Shown piece after piece: positions 28,087 through 42,241 of a DNA stretch of 64,000 bases. This stretch comes from the human T2T-CHM13v2.0 reference genome, Homo sapiens, in NCBI RefSeq assembly GCF_009914755.1, contig NC_060937.1, one strand, 5' to 3'. The stretch's first letter is position 1, and every line of letters begins with the position of its first letter. The notes below the pieces were generated by a model. It ran no database searches and was not told the DNA's origin. It worked only from the letters and a program-made list of their open reading frames with translations. A program made the position numbers and the translations under genes.

Positions 28087-28336
28087 ACATGTTCTCACTT
28101 AGGAGGAAGAGCTCAATGATGAGAACACATGGACACATAGAGGGGAACAACACACACTGGTGCCTTTCAGAGGTGGGAGGGTGGGAGGAGGGAGAGGACC
28201 AGAAAAATAACGAATGGGTACTAGGCTTAAACCTGGGTGATGAAATAATCTGTACAACAAACCCCCATGACACAAGTTTACCTATGTAACAATCCTGTGT
28301 TTGAACAACTGAACTTAAATAAAAGTTAAAAATAAA
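28087..28336 (+). mobile_element. L1PA (old, PA13-16-like) 3' UTR
   Basis: gagaacacatggacacatagaggggaacaacacacactgg...gggtgatgaaataatctgtacaacaaacccccatgacacaagtttacctatgtaac...aataaaagttaaaaa. Confidence 0.9.
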
Positions 28337-29039
28337 GACAACAAAGTGATTTTAAATATCTCACATTCAGAAACAAAAACTTACAAGTATTGTGGAAAGA
28401 TACCTTGCTGGGATTTATTAAATATTAAATTCTTCTTAACTAGCGAGTACCCATTCCTATAGTCTTTATCAACAAAAGACTGAGGCAAGAGAAGGAATCA
28501 GTGACCATGAACCACCAACAGAGGGTTTGAGTGTTTCTCTCCACACACACATCTTGCAAATCGAATGAAGAGTCAGGGTAGGAGCAGCATCAACCAAACA
28601 TTTTAGAAATTGAGGACTTTGCTGGGGCAGACAATCTCAGAAACAAGAGGGTTTGGAGTGACCACTTTCTACAGCTTGTCAGAGGTGTAATCAGGCAAAA
28701 TGGCCTTCCTTAGCAAACTCCTCCATCTCACCACAGGACCCCCGAAATACTTACACTTTTGCACCACCAGAGTGCCAGTGTTTAGATGCCATTCATAGCA
28801 GCCGGTTGCTGTGAAATCAGGAAACATAGTGAACCAAGAGTAATTAATGATATTCCCTCAGAAGAGTACCTTTCACATTTCTTTTCTCTCTTTCCTACCT
28901 AACATGACAAAAAAAAACAAAAAACAAAACAAAAAAGAAAACAGATTTGGAGTGAAACTGAATAACAGAGAATATTTTAATATACGCAACTAGTCAGAAA
29001 GTTGTAAGATCTTCTGCCATGTCATTTTATCACTCAGGA

Positions 29040-29475
29040 GCCTAAAACAAAATTGATGTTATATGCAATTTAGTATGATTTCAGGAGAATTAAATAAATG
29101 GGCTATTAACAAGCGTGTGGATAGGTCATCAAAAGACACAGGATAGTGCAGTAGCCAGAGTTAACAACAGCAGGACTGCAGCTTCCTTAAACCTGAAGGA
29201 GAGAATGGTTACTGGATCTCAAAGGAGAGTCATATGGCCAAACCATAATAAGAGGACCTGTGACCTTCAGTCACAGGTGAGCTGGAAAATAAATGTGCTG
29301 ACCTAATTCTCCTCCTCTGATCTCCTGCCTGGCTTCGCATTAGCCAGTCGGACTGGAAGCCAGAGGTTAAGAGATATCTCTATTTATTCCATACAGGTCA
29401 ACTCCCTAGGGAAGAGATCAGTGTGGGGAAAGGGTGGGAAGTGCATTTGGAGAGACAAGAACATTTCTGGTACAT
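29040..29475 (-). mobile_element. Ancient ERVL LTR (LTR33-like)
   Basis: ctctgatctcctgcc...cattagcc...ggaagccagagg...tccatacaggtca...tggagagacaa resembles the LTR33 group. Confidence 0.4.
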
Positions 29476-29814
29476 TATTAAAGAAAAGGAATTGAATACT
29501 CAGCAAAGCATAGCTGAAGTAAGTAGAAAAAAGTATTAAGTTTTAACCCACGAAGGTCAGACTATAAATTAAACTAATATCTAGACTTCTCAGAAACATG
29601 GCTCTTGAAATTTACTGCTAAGAATTTAATATAGTTATAGTTTCTAGAATGTCTTTCTCATTTTTTAGATTAGATTTAGAAAAGAAATAATTAGGTATTC
29701 TTAGAGTAAGAAGAAAAAATAATTCAGTCAAATGAAGAAATCTACATTTCTATCTTCAAGACAAGCTTTGCTGTAGAGTTCTTAGAGAAACAGTAAGAGA
29801 CGTGTAATAGTAAT

Positions 29815-29995
29815 AGAAGTGAAATTGCCTTTGTCATCAAAGAGAACTGAGTTTGGTTCTTGGCTCTGTAATTTAATAGCTGAGCATTATTAAAGTCACT
29901 TGTTCTTTTGGAGCCTTGATTCCTTCCTCCATTAGATATTATTATCCATCTACAAGTCGGCTGTAAAGATTAAATGAGACATAATAACAGTAAGT
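29815..29995 (+). mobile_element. MIR
   Basis: ctgagtttggttcttggctctg...aagtcactt...gagccttgattcc...tgtaaagattaaatgaga. Confidence 0.55.
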
Positions 29996-31124
29996 ATATT
30001 ATCATTTTGACTAGCCCATGGCTCACCTTTAATATTCATTTAAAGAAGTTAAGTAATTTTTTAAAAGGGGGAAGAAAAAGAAAGTTGGTGTATCAGAGTA
30101 ACATGAACACATCGTAATTGAATACTTCCAATTGTTTTGTATTTTTAAGAGAATTTAAACATTTTGGTCTGACAAAGACAAGTGAATCACTATCTACAAA
30201 TAGGCTTAGACATTTTAAGAAGGGATTTATTGTTCTAGGATTATGATTTCCAAAAATTAGCTGTGACTAATTAAGGCTATTGTTTTCTAAGATCCCTGCA
30301 TATTTTGTCATTAAGAGAAAACAAACTGATTATCCAAACAGTCATCCTGAGTGACAAAGTCAGGGAAAATTTGGGAATTGGGCAAAGGGCTCGAATCAAG
30401 ATACAATTTCTGACAATGAGAATGAATCTTCTGAAGTAAAATTACCTAGGCAAGGTGGAGCACAAAGCGCTGGTGGCCTGCCTTAAAATAACCAGAGCTA
30501 AGCATCCTTGAAAAAGATTTGCTTTTCAGGAGGTATCGATTGATGCTTAAAGCTCTGTGCTTGACTTGTACTCCAACAAAAGCTTCATGCTGTTACCAAA
30601 GTCATATATGCAAAATGCAAATTAGGTTACAGATTAAATATTTCTATTCATTTCAAAAATATGTAGGACATGATTCAAATGTCTTCTTTAGAAATAAAAG
30701 TACTACCATCTTCTTAATCATATGTACACTGCTCTTAAGGCATGCCAAAATAATTGTTAGTTCCCTGGATCTATCATATTCCTTCTCACTTCTGCCTCTT
30801 GACCTTTTTCCTCTGTTTGCAATTTCATATCTTTTCTTACCACCTCTCCTGCCAGGGCTAGTTCCTATTTTTTTGTTTATGACTTAGCCCAAGACTTGGC
30901 TTTGCTGAACCTCCATCTGAATTAAGTGCGCCAGCCCTTAGCAGAACATTGCGCTATACATTTATCTCTCATAACTTTTACCATACTATAATATTACTAT
31001 TAGATTCCTAACTAAACAGTAGTTTACCTGCTACATAATATTTTTTCCCTAAATAAATGCATGAATGGCTGAAAGAATGGATAAACATTAGAGGCCTGAT
31101 AATATCCTGCCATTAATGAAGGCA

Positions 31125-31395
31125 TCAATAGAGGTTTGGTTAAGGGGTAGATAGAATGAATAAGTTCCAGCATTTGATAGTACAGTGAGAAAATTATAAT
31201 TAACAATTGTTAATTTATTGTATGTTTCAAAATAGTTAGAAGAGAAGAATTGTAATATTCCCAATGCAAAGAAAAGATGCCTGAGTAAATTCATATCCAA
31301 ATTACTCTGATTTGATTATTACACATTGTATACAGGTATCAAAATACCCCATGCACCCCCAAAATATGTATAATAATTATATATCATTTTTTTAA
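31125..31395 (+). mobile_element. L1MA 3' end
   Basis: tagatagaatgaataagttc...ttcaaaatagttagaagagaagaattg...ctgatttgattattacacattgtata. Confidence 0.8.
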
Positions 31396-31709
31396 AAGAC
31401 ATGGTTAACCTTGACTTGATGTCCAAAAAATGTGACTTAAGGTCTTTCAAGCTGCTTAGTAAAGTTCATATTCTCTTTACTTGTGTTATTTCCTATTCTA
31501 CTATAATGTATTTTAATTATTTTTAATACACATTCAAATTTAACTTTTTATTGAATCTAGATTTTATTGAATCTTTTAGAGGAAAAAATTCACAATTTTT
31601 TCTCTAAAAGAAAAATATTAGCTGATTTAGCAAGCTTTATGATTTCATCAGCCCTATGTTGCCTTCACCAAGTATGGAACACTTGGTTAAAAATAAATGC
31701 TTAGGAGCA

Positions 31710-32015
<306 letters not shown>

Positions 32016-35000
32016 ATTAATGCTTAGGTATTAATGAATAAGTTAATGCTGACTCAGATTCTTCCTTTCTTAAGTACATGTTAGATAGGTGCAACACTAG
32101 GAGAAACTTGAGATTCTAATGTTGTTTGACATTAACTAAGGAGGTTTATCCTTCATATCATTCATGAAGATGTGAATTAATTTCTAATTAATGGGGGGAC
32201 TAACAAAAATATTACAGAACAGTGTGATGGTGTTATTAACTACACTGGATCTAAACAAACACAAAATATTCTGTTTCATAATATCAACTGTGTTTATAGT
32301 TGCTCTATTTTGGTACAAATATAAGAGATATGTTGGTATAATAATTATAGTGTATGCATTATGGTTTTCAATTATTTACTTGAAATTATTCATTTGTATT
32401 ATGTTTTTCAATGATTTACTTTTTATTATAGTGAGTATTGTGGTACAAATATTATGCTTTATCATTTATTTTTTAGATAAATATTTATGCAGTATTTAAA
32501 TCATTTTATTTATATAAAAATGCTATTTGTTTACTACAGCTTGTAAAGAAGCACATTCCCACCAATAAAAAATTATTTAGATGAAATAAACCTGAGGTAT
32601 TTCTTGAAGCATTCCATAAAAATTGTTGCCACATGTATATAATGAATGGTGACACAATAAGAATAGGTATAAAATCACTAATCTGAGAATTGGCTACTAG
32701 GTAATCAAAAGATTGGAAATGAAAGTGTACTGAACTAAGGTGGAATTCTTAGGAGATGCTATTCTATGAATGTAGTTTATGGGGAGACTGTGTGACTTGA
32801 AGAGGCAAGATTCCCCTTCACAGGCTTGGTAGTGAAGGGAAAGAAGAGATGGAGGGTAATGTTCTTGCAGACATAAAAAAGATGCACAAAATTAGAAAAC
32901 GTATCACCACCTTCCCCATTCTCCCCCCAAAAAACACTACCTAAAAAAATTAGATTCCATTGTATATCTACTAAAATGGGCAGTTGAACTAAGCAAGCTA
33001 GTAAGATACCTTAAGCCTTCATCCTATCTGCGTTGAAATGTTACTGCTGATTCACAAAAATAATATGTTACAAAATAAATAGACAATAGAAGAAAACATT
33101 CATAAACCACTACTATAAGAAAAATGACAATGAGAACTCAATTTTATTAAGAAAATCTCCTCCAAACCATAAAGCAAAAACAAAACAAAACAACAATAAC
33201 AACAACAAAACTCTTATTCAAATTACGTATCATTAAACAAAACTTCTTGGTTATGAAATAACTCCTCCAATCACAATTAAGATTGATGGACAGACTAAAG
33301 AAATAAATCTTAGTGAAAAAGTTCATGCCGCCAAGGGTTCATTCCATTCAATTAAAATAAAGATTTAATTTGCTTGAAAAGTTTTTATAATTACACTAAT
33401 CCGAAGTCAGCATGGGGTCATTGAATCTAACATTAATGTTTAAGTTATGCTGTTATATCAACTTCATTTCCTTCAGCACACAATGATACCAATTTGACTT
33501 TTAAAATGTGTCCTAAGAATTATAAAATCAAGTTGTTCATGTATTAGAATGGAATTACCACCCACTACCTTAAAATGAACAAAAATTAATAGATTTAGCG
33601 AGAAAATGGTTACGAAGAAGGGTGCTTTCTTTGAGAGATCAAGGGCCAGAGGCAACAGAAATGTTATTTTGATCTTACATTATTTAAGACACACATGGAT
33701 GAATTTATAAATGGGATACTTTAATCTTTACCAAAGATATGGCAGAGTAGTCCTAAAATATTTTCCTCACACAAATATTAACAATGATTGACACAACTGA
33801 TAATAAGACTACATCATTCATATCCTGTGGTGACCTTTTGCTTCAAATATTAAAAAAAAGCACCATGAAAACACTATATCTTATCACACTCATTTGCCCA
33901 ATCATGTTTATGTCAATAAATCAAGAGTTTGGATAGGTTTTCCAATAACTCAAAATGCCAGAGATTGAGTGAATGTATTAATCTTTTAGAGAAACAGTTT
34001 GCCTTGAGAAAGTACTGGCTCTGAAATTATTCCTTGATGATTAGACTGGCTGATAAGAAAGTCTAATTAGGGTAAAACAGGGGTATCATTACTTCCTGGA
34101 AAAGAAATGATAGAATGTCAAAACTCAGAACAACACAGAAAAAACTCAGAATATTATGACTGAGAAAATAGGCTTCCACTATGATTTCCAAATAAACAAT
34201 TTTGGAATCAATAGTTTTTGGAGGCAGGTTACAGAAATTGGTCTTACCATATTGGCAGGTAAGATGAAATAAGGAGGAGAATAAAATGAACTGTTTAGAA
34301 AATAGTGTATTATTTAGAGAATAAGATAGTATTTGTTTTTAATTATATTCAAGACATGCACACACAAAGAAACAAGCTCAACATATAATGATTTGAGAAT
34401 ATAATTTTCACTCTAATAATATTCAGAAATATGTGATACCATTCTGAAGCTTTTGCCTATCATTTCACAGGGCTGGGTACATTCTTTGAGGCATTAGTTA
34501 ATGAAATGGCCCCAAGTTGCTGGAGAGAGTCGGTCTTCTTCCCCCTTCCTTCTGGAGGAAATAAAAGTGTTTAAGGCTTTTTAAAAATCAGGGAGGACAT
34601 ATTTCATGAGTTTTCTCATAGAAAAAAAGACCTTACAAAATCATAACAATGTTTTATATTTGGAATGATTTTCTTTTAACAACATTCTGTCAACTCTAAA
34701 TATGTCTATTCTATTATTAGTGTCAACTTTTCAATAGGGACATTTTCAATTATCCTAATTCCCTTTTCAGATAAATGAGTTCTATTTTTAAAGAACAGAT
34801 GTATAGACTTTTTAATATTTTGTATTGTCCGTGCTTTGTTAATTAATTCATTCAACTTGGTTTAGTGACTCTTTAAAAGAAGTAAAAGCCGATTGTCATC
34901 CTATTAATAGGCAAAGTCATTCTTGACTAGAAAAATCAGTCCAAAGCACGCACTCCATAATTAATACAGTCTATGTTTAAATAAACATGACAATTTTGTC

Positions 35001-35679
35001 AACTTTAAAAACATAAAAACAAATTTTATGCATATTTAATCTTATCAATAATCTTTCTACTTTTAGACAATGTGATTAATATAGGATTTAAGAAGGCAAA
35101 ATAGTGCATAATTCCTATTTTATCATTAGGTTTCCCTCAGGATTAGAATTGGGCAAATTTAAAGGTCTTACTAATCTGTTAATAATTATTAAAATATGTT
35201 CTTATTTTTTAGGAGTAAACTCAGGGAAAAGACAACACTTCAAAGTTAGATTTACTTGTTTTATTTGATTAACCTTGTTAAATGATTTATTTTTCTTAGA
35301 ATTATTCAATGTTTATAACTTTCTGCTTACATGTTATACTTTTAATAGACATTAAAAAATTATTTTTTAATTAACAGACATTTTTAAAGTACTGAAAAAA
35401 CACAGATTATACTTAACCAATTATGTTGCAATGATTAAACATATTGATTTGACCAAAATGGTAACTAACCTGTTTATTTCTAAATTACAATCACAACATT
35501 CAAACATTATCATTATTTAGGTTAATTTTTTATCTCCTGAAAATTGACGACCAATTTAACTTATTATATTATTACTATTTTAAAAGTTTGAATTGCTTTT
35601 TACATTATAATTATTTGGCTTCTACAACTTTTCTTTTGAATCCCCCTATAGTAAAATGAACTAATGAGCATTTAAACAT

Positions 35680-35932
35680 GTATGCAAACATAAAAATACA
35701 TATACATAAAATACATACATACATATACATAATATACATAAAAATGCATATAAACATGTAGATAATGTATGTGTCTATATACACTCATACATACATATAT
35801 ACACAAATAAGTACATGCACATACATGCGTATATTATTATTTTATATAATAATGTGTGTATTATTTATATACATTTATGTGCATTACTTATTTTATATGC
35901 ATTTATATATACATGTACATATATATGTATAC
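35680..35932. repeat. (TA/TACA)n low-complexity tract
   Basis: Degenerate alternating tatacatacatata repeats. Confidence 0.7.
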
Positions 35933-37724
35933 TAACATTTATCCAAAGAAGAATGAGAACATTTAAAATTTATATAAAGTAAAAGGCAAAACAGTACAGA
36001 AACCATAAAAAAAGAGATAATGGGAAAAAACTTTCAAGTATTTGTATTGATTTGAGTAGACCATAAAATTCATCTAAATATATTTTGTTTTATTATTTTT
36101 GGAGTTATGGAAATAAGTTAATATTTGAACTTCTTTGAAGTCATTCCTTATAAAAACAATTCAGAAGTTACTATCACTGGCAACACTGAGATTATCTTGG
36201 TAACTGATCATTAGGTAAGTGTCAGTAATAATTCTAAGTAAATATCTTGGTCTCTTAGGGCAGAATTTCTTTCTGTTCTTATATTCTTTTGTTTTTTGCA
36301 CCTAGCACTGATACTGGGATAGGCTGGGAGTAGGGGTGGGGGCAGATTACTAAACATCCAGAAGCTGGATGGCAGAAGCCTTGCTTTAAAAACTTGTCTT
36401 ATGAAATACACAGGCAGAAAGCAAATAAAGCATGGCATTACAAAAAATAATGAATCAGGGAGTTTCAACAAATTGGTCAGCAATTGTTAACAAACTTGGT
36501 TTGTGTTTTTATAATTAAAAAACGTTCTTTACCAAATGTTGAATTCAGTCATTTTCTTAGAACCTCTTTATATGATCACTTTCATTGTTGTAAAAATGTT
36601 AAAAAAAGACGGAAGGTAAATCTGTCATTTGTCTCCTTTATAAATTTCCCATTAAATATGGTCTTTTGTTTATCAAATTTTTCTAATCTCATCCCTGAAA
36701 TTTGTTTGGTGCAAACTCCAATTTTTCCTATTATATTTATACACTCCAAACACTTGCCTATTAGTCATCATGGTTCATTGCTTTTACTTTGCATGCAGAG
36801 AATTATATTTAAAATCATTTTGACTGATGATATACAATCAATTCTCTGAAGAATAAACCACGATATTGAGTTCATACTCGTCAAGTATAAATAACATGTC
36901 GTTTTGATTAATGCTTTTTCTATAATTATTTCCTAATTAACTTGCTATATAAATGATGTTAGTTTTGCAAATCATATGAAACATTTTATAATAAATGTGT
37001 ACTCCCAGATGAGTTTATTCAATTGAAACATTTCCCTAAAAGGTCAACCTATTGGAATTATATTGTTCCTATAGATTAATATCAGCTTTTAAAAGCAATT
37101 ACCATTAAAATATAATTGTAAGATCTAACTATGGATCTAACTTTGCCACTTATATTACTTTAAAAAACAATGTTCTACTTCTGTTTAAATAAATTATAAT
37201 TTAATACAACAAAATAGATAGTAATTATAATAAATTCATATAAAATTACACGAGTTTTGGTTAAAAACCATAATACAGTTTAAGATATTTAAGTTGCTTA
37301 TGATAATTACTCTATTATGCAAGAGGTTATAATTATAAAAGCTCAGAAGTAGAAATTTATATATTATGAGTAATATACCATGTGTACATATATATGCAAT
37401 ACTCATTTAATATATAACTTGAAGTGTCTACTATATTCCACGAACTACTTTAATTAGTGAGAATATATCTGTAAACAAATCAGACAAAACCAATTGCCTT
37501 CTTTAAATTCTAATGAAGCATTTTTCTGATTATAAACTAAATTTCCCAATGCAAATAGAAAATGAACAAATTTATAATATATATAATTTCAGTTTAACAT
37601 TGATAGATACAGAACATAATGCAACATTATGTAAATAGATTCTATGCGGCAGTATCTACGCTGCTTTATCTCAAATAAATATAGCTTTTCAGAGAACATA
37701 ATATGATATTTATACATATATCTG

Positions 37725-38096
37725 TGATATTGTTTGGATCTATGTCCCTACTCAAATTTCATGTCAGAATGTAATCCTTAGTGTTGGAGGTGAGTCCTGG
37801 TGGGAGGTGATTAAATCATGAGGGCAAATTACCCCTTTGGTGATATTCTCATGATAGAGTTTCTCATGATACCTGGTTGTTTAAAAGTGTGTGGCACTTC
37901 CCTCCTCTCTCCCTTCCCTGCCTGCTTTCACTTCTCCTTCCACCATGATTGTGAATTTCCTGAGGCCTCCCCAGAAGCAGAAGCCGCTATGATTCCTACA
38001 CAGTCTTCAGAACCTTGAGCCAATTAAACCTCTTTTTTAAATAAATTACCCAGTGTGAGGTATTTCTTTACAGCAGTGTGAGAACAGACTAATATA
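37725..38096 (+). mobile_element. MSTA/MSTB solo LTR
   Basis: tgatattgtttggatc...ccaccatgattgtga...gaggcctccccagaagcagaagc...aacagactaatata; TSD atctg/acctg. Confidence 0.88.
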
Positions 38097-38249
38097 ACCT
38101 GCTAATACTTTGCATATATAACTGTGAAAAAGGGACAACTCAGGATATAAACCTTGAAAAGAGTCATAAACAATATTGAAGAGAAAAGTAGTTTCATAGC
38201 TCACAGAAGACAGGGATATGACTAGGTCCAAAATCCTAATGAAAATATA

Positions 38250-38587
38250 GAGTCATGCGCTGAGAATGACATTTAGATCAACAGTGAACTGCATATAGGC
38301 TGGTGATCCCATAAGAGAATATAATATTTATTTTTACTGTATCTTTTCTATGTTTAGATATACAAATCCTTACCATTGTGATACAATTGTGTATGGTATT
38401 CAGTATAGAAACATGCTTTACAGGTTTGTAGCCCAGGAGCAATAGGCTCTACCATATAGCCTGGGAGTGGAGTAGGCAATACCATCTAGGTTTCTGTAAG
38501 TACACTCTATGATGTCCACACAACAACAAAATAACCTAATGACTTATTTCTCAGAGTATTTCCCTGTCATTAGGTGACACACGATTG
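38250..38587 (+). mobile_element. Tigger3/MER7-like Tc1-mariner non-autonomous element
   Basis: ta-gagtcatgcgc...cccataaga...aggtttgtagcccaggagcaataggc...acacgattg-ta; TA target sites and degenerate TIRs. Confidence 0.8.
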
Positions 38588-38653
38588 TACTAGAAATCAT
38601 TGGCTAAATTGTGCAGTGAAATTCATGATTTTGAAATATAATTGAATATCTGC

Positions 38654-38900
38654 TGTATTCGTTCCTTAATGATGTTATAACATTCTACTACAGACATGGT
38701 GGCTTAAAACAACACAAATTTATTCTCAAGTAGCTCCGGCAGTCAGAATCTAAAATGGATCCACAAGGCTATGTTCCTTTTGGAGACACCAGGCAGGAAT
38801 CCACTTCCACGAGTTTTAAGCTTTCAATGTCTCCGTGCATTTCTAGGCTGGTAGCCCCTACCTCCACCATTAAAATGAACCAACTTAACATCTGTTCCTG
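38654..38900 (-). mobile_element. MLT1 LTR fragment
   Basis: tgtatt...ggtggcttaaaacaacacaaatttattctc...gtcagaa. Confidence 0.6.
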
Positions 38901-39138
38901 ATCTCATAACAAAGAAGTTCTGAGGACTATATGCTTTGTTGATTAATTCTACCAAGCAATTTACAAAGGCACGCATACCGATCATTCTTAAACTATTCCA
39001 AAAACATAAGAGAACATTTTCAAGCTCATTCCCTCAGTTTAGCATTACTCTGTTAAGAAACCCAGACATAATACTATAGTACTGTAAAACAAAATTACAC
39101 ACCAGTTTTCCTTATGAATATAGAAACAAAAATTCTTT

Positions 39139-39688
39139 ACCATTTAATCCAGCAATCCCATTACTTGATATATACCCAAAGGAAAATACATCATTCAACA
39201 AAAAAGATGAATGCGCTCATATATTAATTGCAGTCCTATTCACAATAATAAAGACATGGGATTAACCTAGGTGCCCATCAATGGTGGATTGAATAAAGAA
39301 AATGTGATATAGATACCCTATGGGACACTATGCAGCCATTAAAAAAGAATGAAATCATGTACTTTGTGGCAATGTGGATGCAGCTGGGGGCCATTATCCT
39401 AAGTGAATTAACACAGGAACAGAAAACCAAATACCACATGTTCTCACACAAGTGGGAGCTAAACTTTGAGTACACAAGGACATAGAGATTGTAATAATAG
39501 AAACTTAGGGCTACTAGAAAGGGAAAGGAAAGAGGTGGGGAGTGGGCTGAAAAACTACCTATTGGGTACTATGCTCACTACCTGGGTGATGGGATTATCC
39601 ATATCCCAAACCCCAGCATCACACAATATACCCATGTAACAAACCTGCACATATACCCTCTGAATCTAAACAAAAGTTGAATCTTTTA
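39139..39688 (+). mobile_element. L1PB-like 3' fragment nested in the L1MB
   Basis: ccagcaatcccattact...gggtactatgctcactacctgggtgatggg...tacccatgtaacaaacctgcac; TSD-like aaaattct/aaaatcct. Confidence 0.85.
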
Positions 39689-39809
39689 AAATCCTCAGTA
39701 AAACACTAGGAAACAAATCCAGCAGCATATTTTAAAAGATTATACACCATGAACAAATAGTATTTATCCCAGGAATGCAAGAGAGATTCAACATGTAAAA
39801 AGCAATCAT

Positions 39810-40100
39810 GGCTGGGTGCAGTGCCTCATGCCTGCAATCCCAGCATTTTGAAAGGCTGAAGTGGGCAGATTACTTAAGCTCAGGAGTTCGAGATCAGCTT
39901 GGGCAACATGGTGAAACCCTGTAATTATAAAATATCCAAAAAATTACCCAGGTATGGTGGTGCATGTCTATGTTCCCAGTTACTCAGAAGGCATAGGTTG
40001 GGGGATTGCTTGAGCCCAGGATTTCAAGGCTGCAGTGAGAGATTGCACCACTGCACTCCAGCCTGGGTGCCAGAGGGAGCTCTATCTCAGAAAAAAAAAA
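39810..40100 (+). mobile_element. AluJ-like
   Basis: Dimer with ggattgcttgagcccaggatttcaaggctgcagtgag. Confidence 0.92.
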
Positions 40101-41122
40101 GGCATTCAAATTGAAAAATAAAAAGTAAAACTGTATTAATAATAACATGACTTTATACACAGAAAATCCTAAAGAATTCATAAGAAGCTATGGGCACTAA
40201 TACATTCAGCAAAGTTACAGAATACAAGTACAACACCAGAAATGAGGTTTATTTCTATATACCAGCAATGAACAAGCAAAAAAGGCATTAGGGAAATAAT
40301 TTCATTTACAACTGCATCCAAAAGAATAAAATAGGAATAAATGCTAAAAGCCATCAGACTTAGACACTGAAAACTACAAAACACTGGTTAAAGAAATTTT
40401 AAAATAGCCAAATAAGTGGGAAGACATTCTATGTTCATGTTTTAGAATACTTTATATTTTTAATATGACAATATTCCCTCAAATGATCAACAGATGGAAT
40501 ACAAGTCCTATTTAAATTTCAATGTCAATTTGCAGAAATGGAAAAGCTAATTCTTAAATTTATAGGGACTCTGAACCGTCAAAATGATCTCCAAAAAGAA
40601 TAGAGTTGAAGGACTCACACTTCTCAATTTCAAAACCTACATAAAGCCACATTAATCAAAATGAGGTGGTACTGGCATAAGGATAGACATACAGATCAAT
40701 GTAACACAATTCAGAGTTCAGAAATAAATACATCTATTATTTTGTTTTTAGAAGTATTATTATTATAAATACATCTATGGTCAATTGATTTTCAATAAGA
40801 TGCTGTGAGTACTCACCAAGGAAAGAATAGACTAACAAGTGGTGCAGGGAAAACTGGATATCTACAGGCAAAAAAAATGAAAGTTGGACCCTTATTTCAC
40901 ACCACATACAAAAATTAATTCAAAAAGGATAGACAAACTAAATAGAAGAGCTAAAACAACACAACTTTTAGAGAAAAGATAAGAGTGGATCTTCTTGATC
41001 TTGAATTTGGTAATGATTTCTTAAATGTGATAACAAACCCACACACAACAAAAGAGAGAAAATTGGACTTCATCAAAACTTTAAAAAATTGTGCATTGAA
41101 GGACACATGAAGAGAATGAAAA

Positions 41123-41459
41123 GGCTGGGCACAGTAGCTCACACTTGTAATTAGCATTTTGTGAGGCTGAGGTGGGAGGATCACTTAAGCCCAGGAATTG
41201 GAGACCAGCCTGGGGAACATAGCAAGACCCCGTTTCCACCAAAAACCAAAAAAAAAAAAAAAAAAAAGAAAAGAAAATTAGCCAGGTGCGGGGATTCATG
41301 ACTGTAGTCCCAGCTACCTGGGAAGCTGAGGCAGGAGGATTGCTTAAGCACAGGAGTTGAAGGCTTCAGTGAGCCATGATTGCATCACTGCACTCCAATC
41401 TGTGTGACAGAGCAAGACCCTGTCACCAAAAAAAAAAAAAAAAAAAAAAAAAGAGAGAA
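41123..41459 (+). mobile_element. AluJ-like with an expanded A-rich linker
   Basis: Dimer with a long A-tail; 13-bp TSD aagagaatgaaaa. Confidence 0.95.
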
Positions 41460-42241
41460 AAGAGAATGAAAAGACCACTGTACAAAATAGAAAAAAATTT
41501 GCATATCATGCATCTAATACAAGTTTTGTAACCAGAGTATATAAATATTCATATAACTCAAAACAAATAATCTAATAAAAATGAGCAAATCTTGAATAGT
41601 CATTTCTCCAAAGAACATACACAAATGGCCAACAGAGGATTCTCAATGTCATTATTAGGGAAACACAAATCAAAACCACAGAAATATACCACTGTATATG
41701 CAGTAAAATGGCTGTAACAAACAAAAAATGAAAAATAACAAGTGTTGGCAAAGACGTGGAAAAATTGAAACCCTCATACATTGTTTTTGGGACTATACAA
41801 TGGTGAAGCTACTGTGAAAAAGAGTTCACTGGCTCCACAATAAGTTAAACGTAGAATTACCATGAACCAGCAACTCCACTTCTAAATATATATCCTCCAA
41901 ATTGAAAATAGGGATTCAAACATAAACGCCTTAACAAATGTTCATAGCAGTGCTATCATCATAGCTAAAAGGTGAAAACACCCTGAATGTTGATCAGTTG
42001 GTAAATGGATAAAGAAATGATGCCATATCTATACAATGGAATATTATTTTTCCACAAAGAGAATAAAGTACTAATACAAGTTACAACGTGGGTGAACCTT
42101 GAGAACATTATCGTAAGTGAAAAAAGCCAGACACAAAAGACCACATACTGTACAGTTTCTTTTATGTCAAATATCCAGAATTAGCAAATCCATAGGGACT
42201 GCAAGCAGATAAACATTTGCCTGGGAGTGAGTGATGTTTGC

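Noticed and set aside
28762-28780. CTCF-like CCACCAGAGTGCCA
   Set aside because: Two mismatches in the informative GGCR part of the core.
32191-32499. 102-aa membrane-like ORF
   Set aside because: Hydrophobicity follows from extreme AT/T richness; no splice or homology support.
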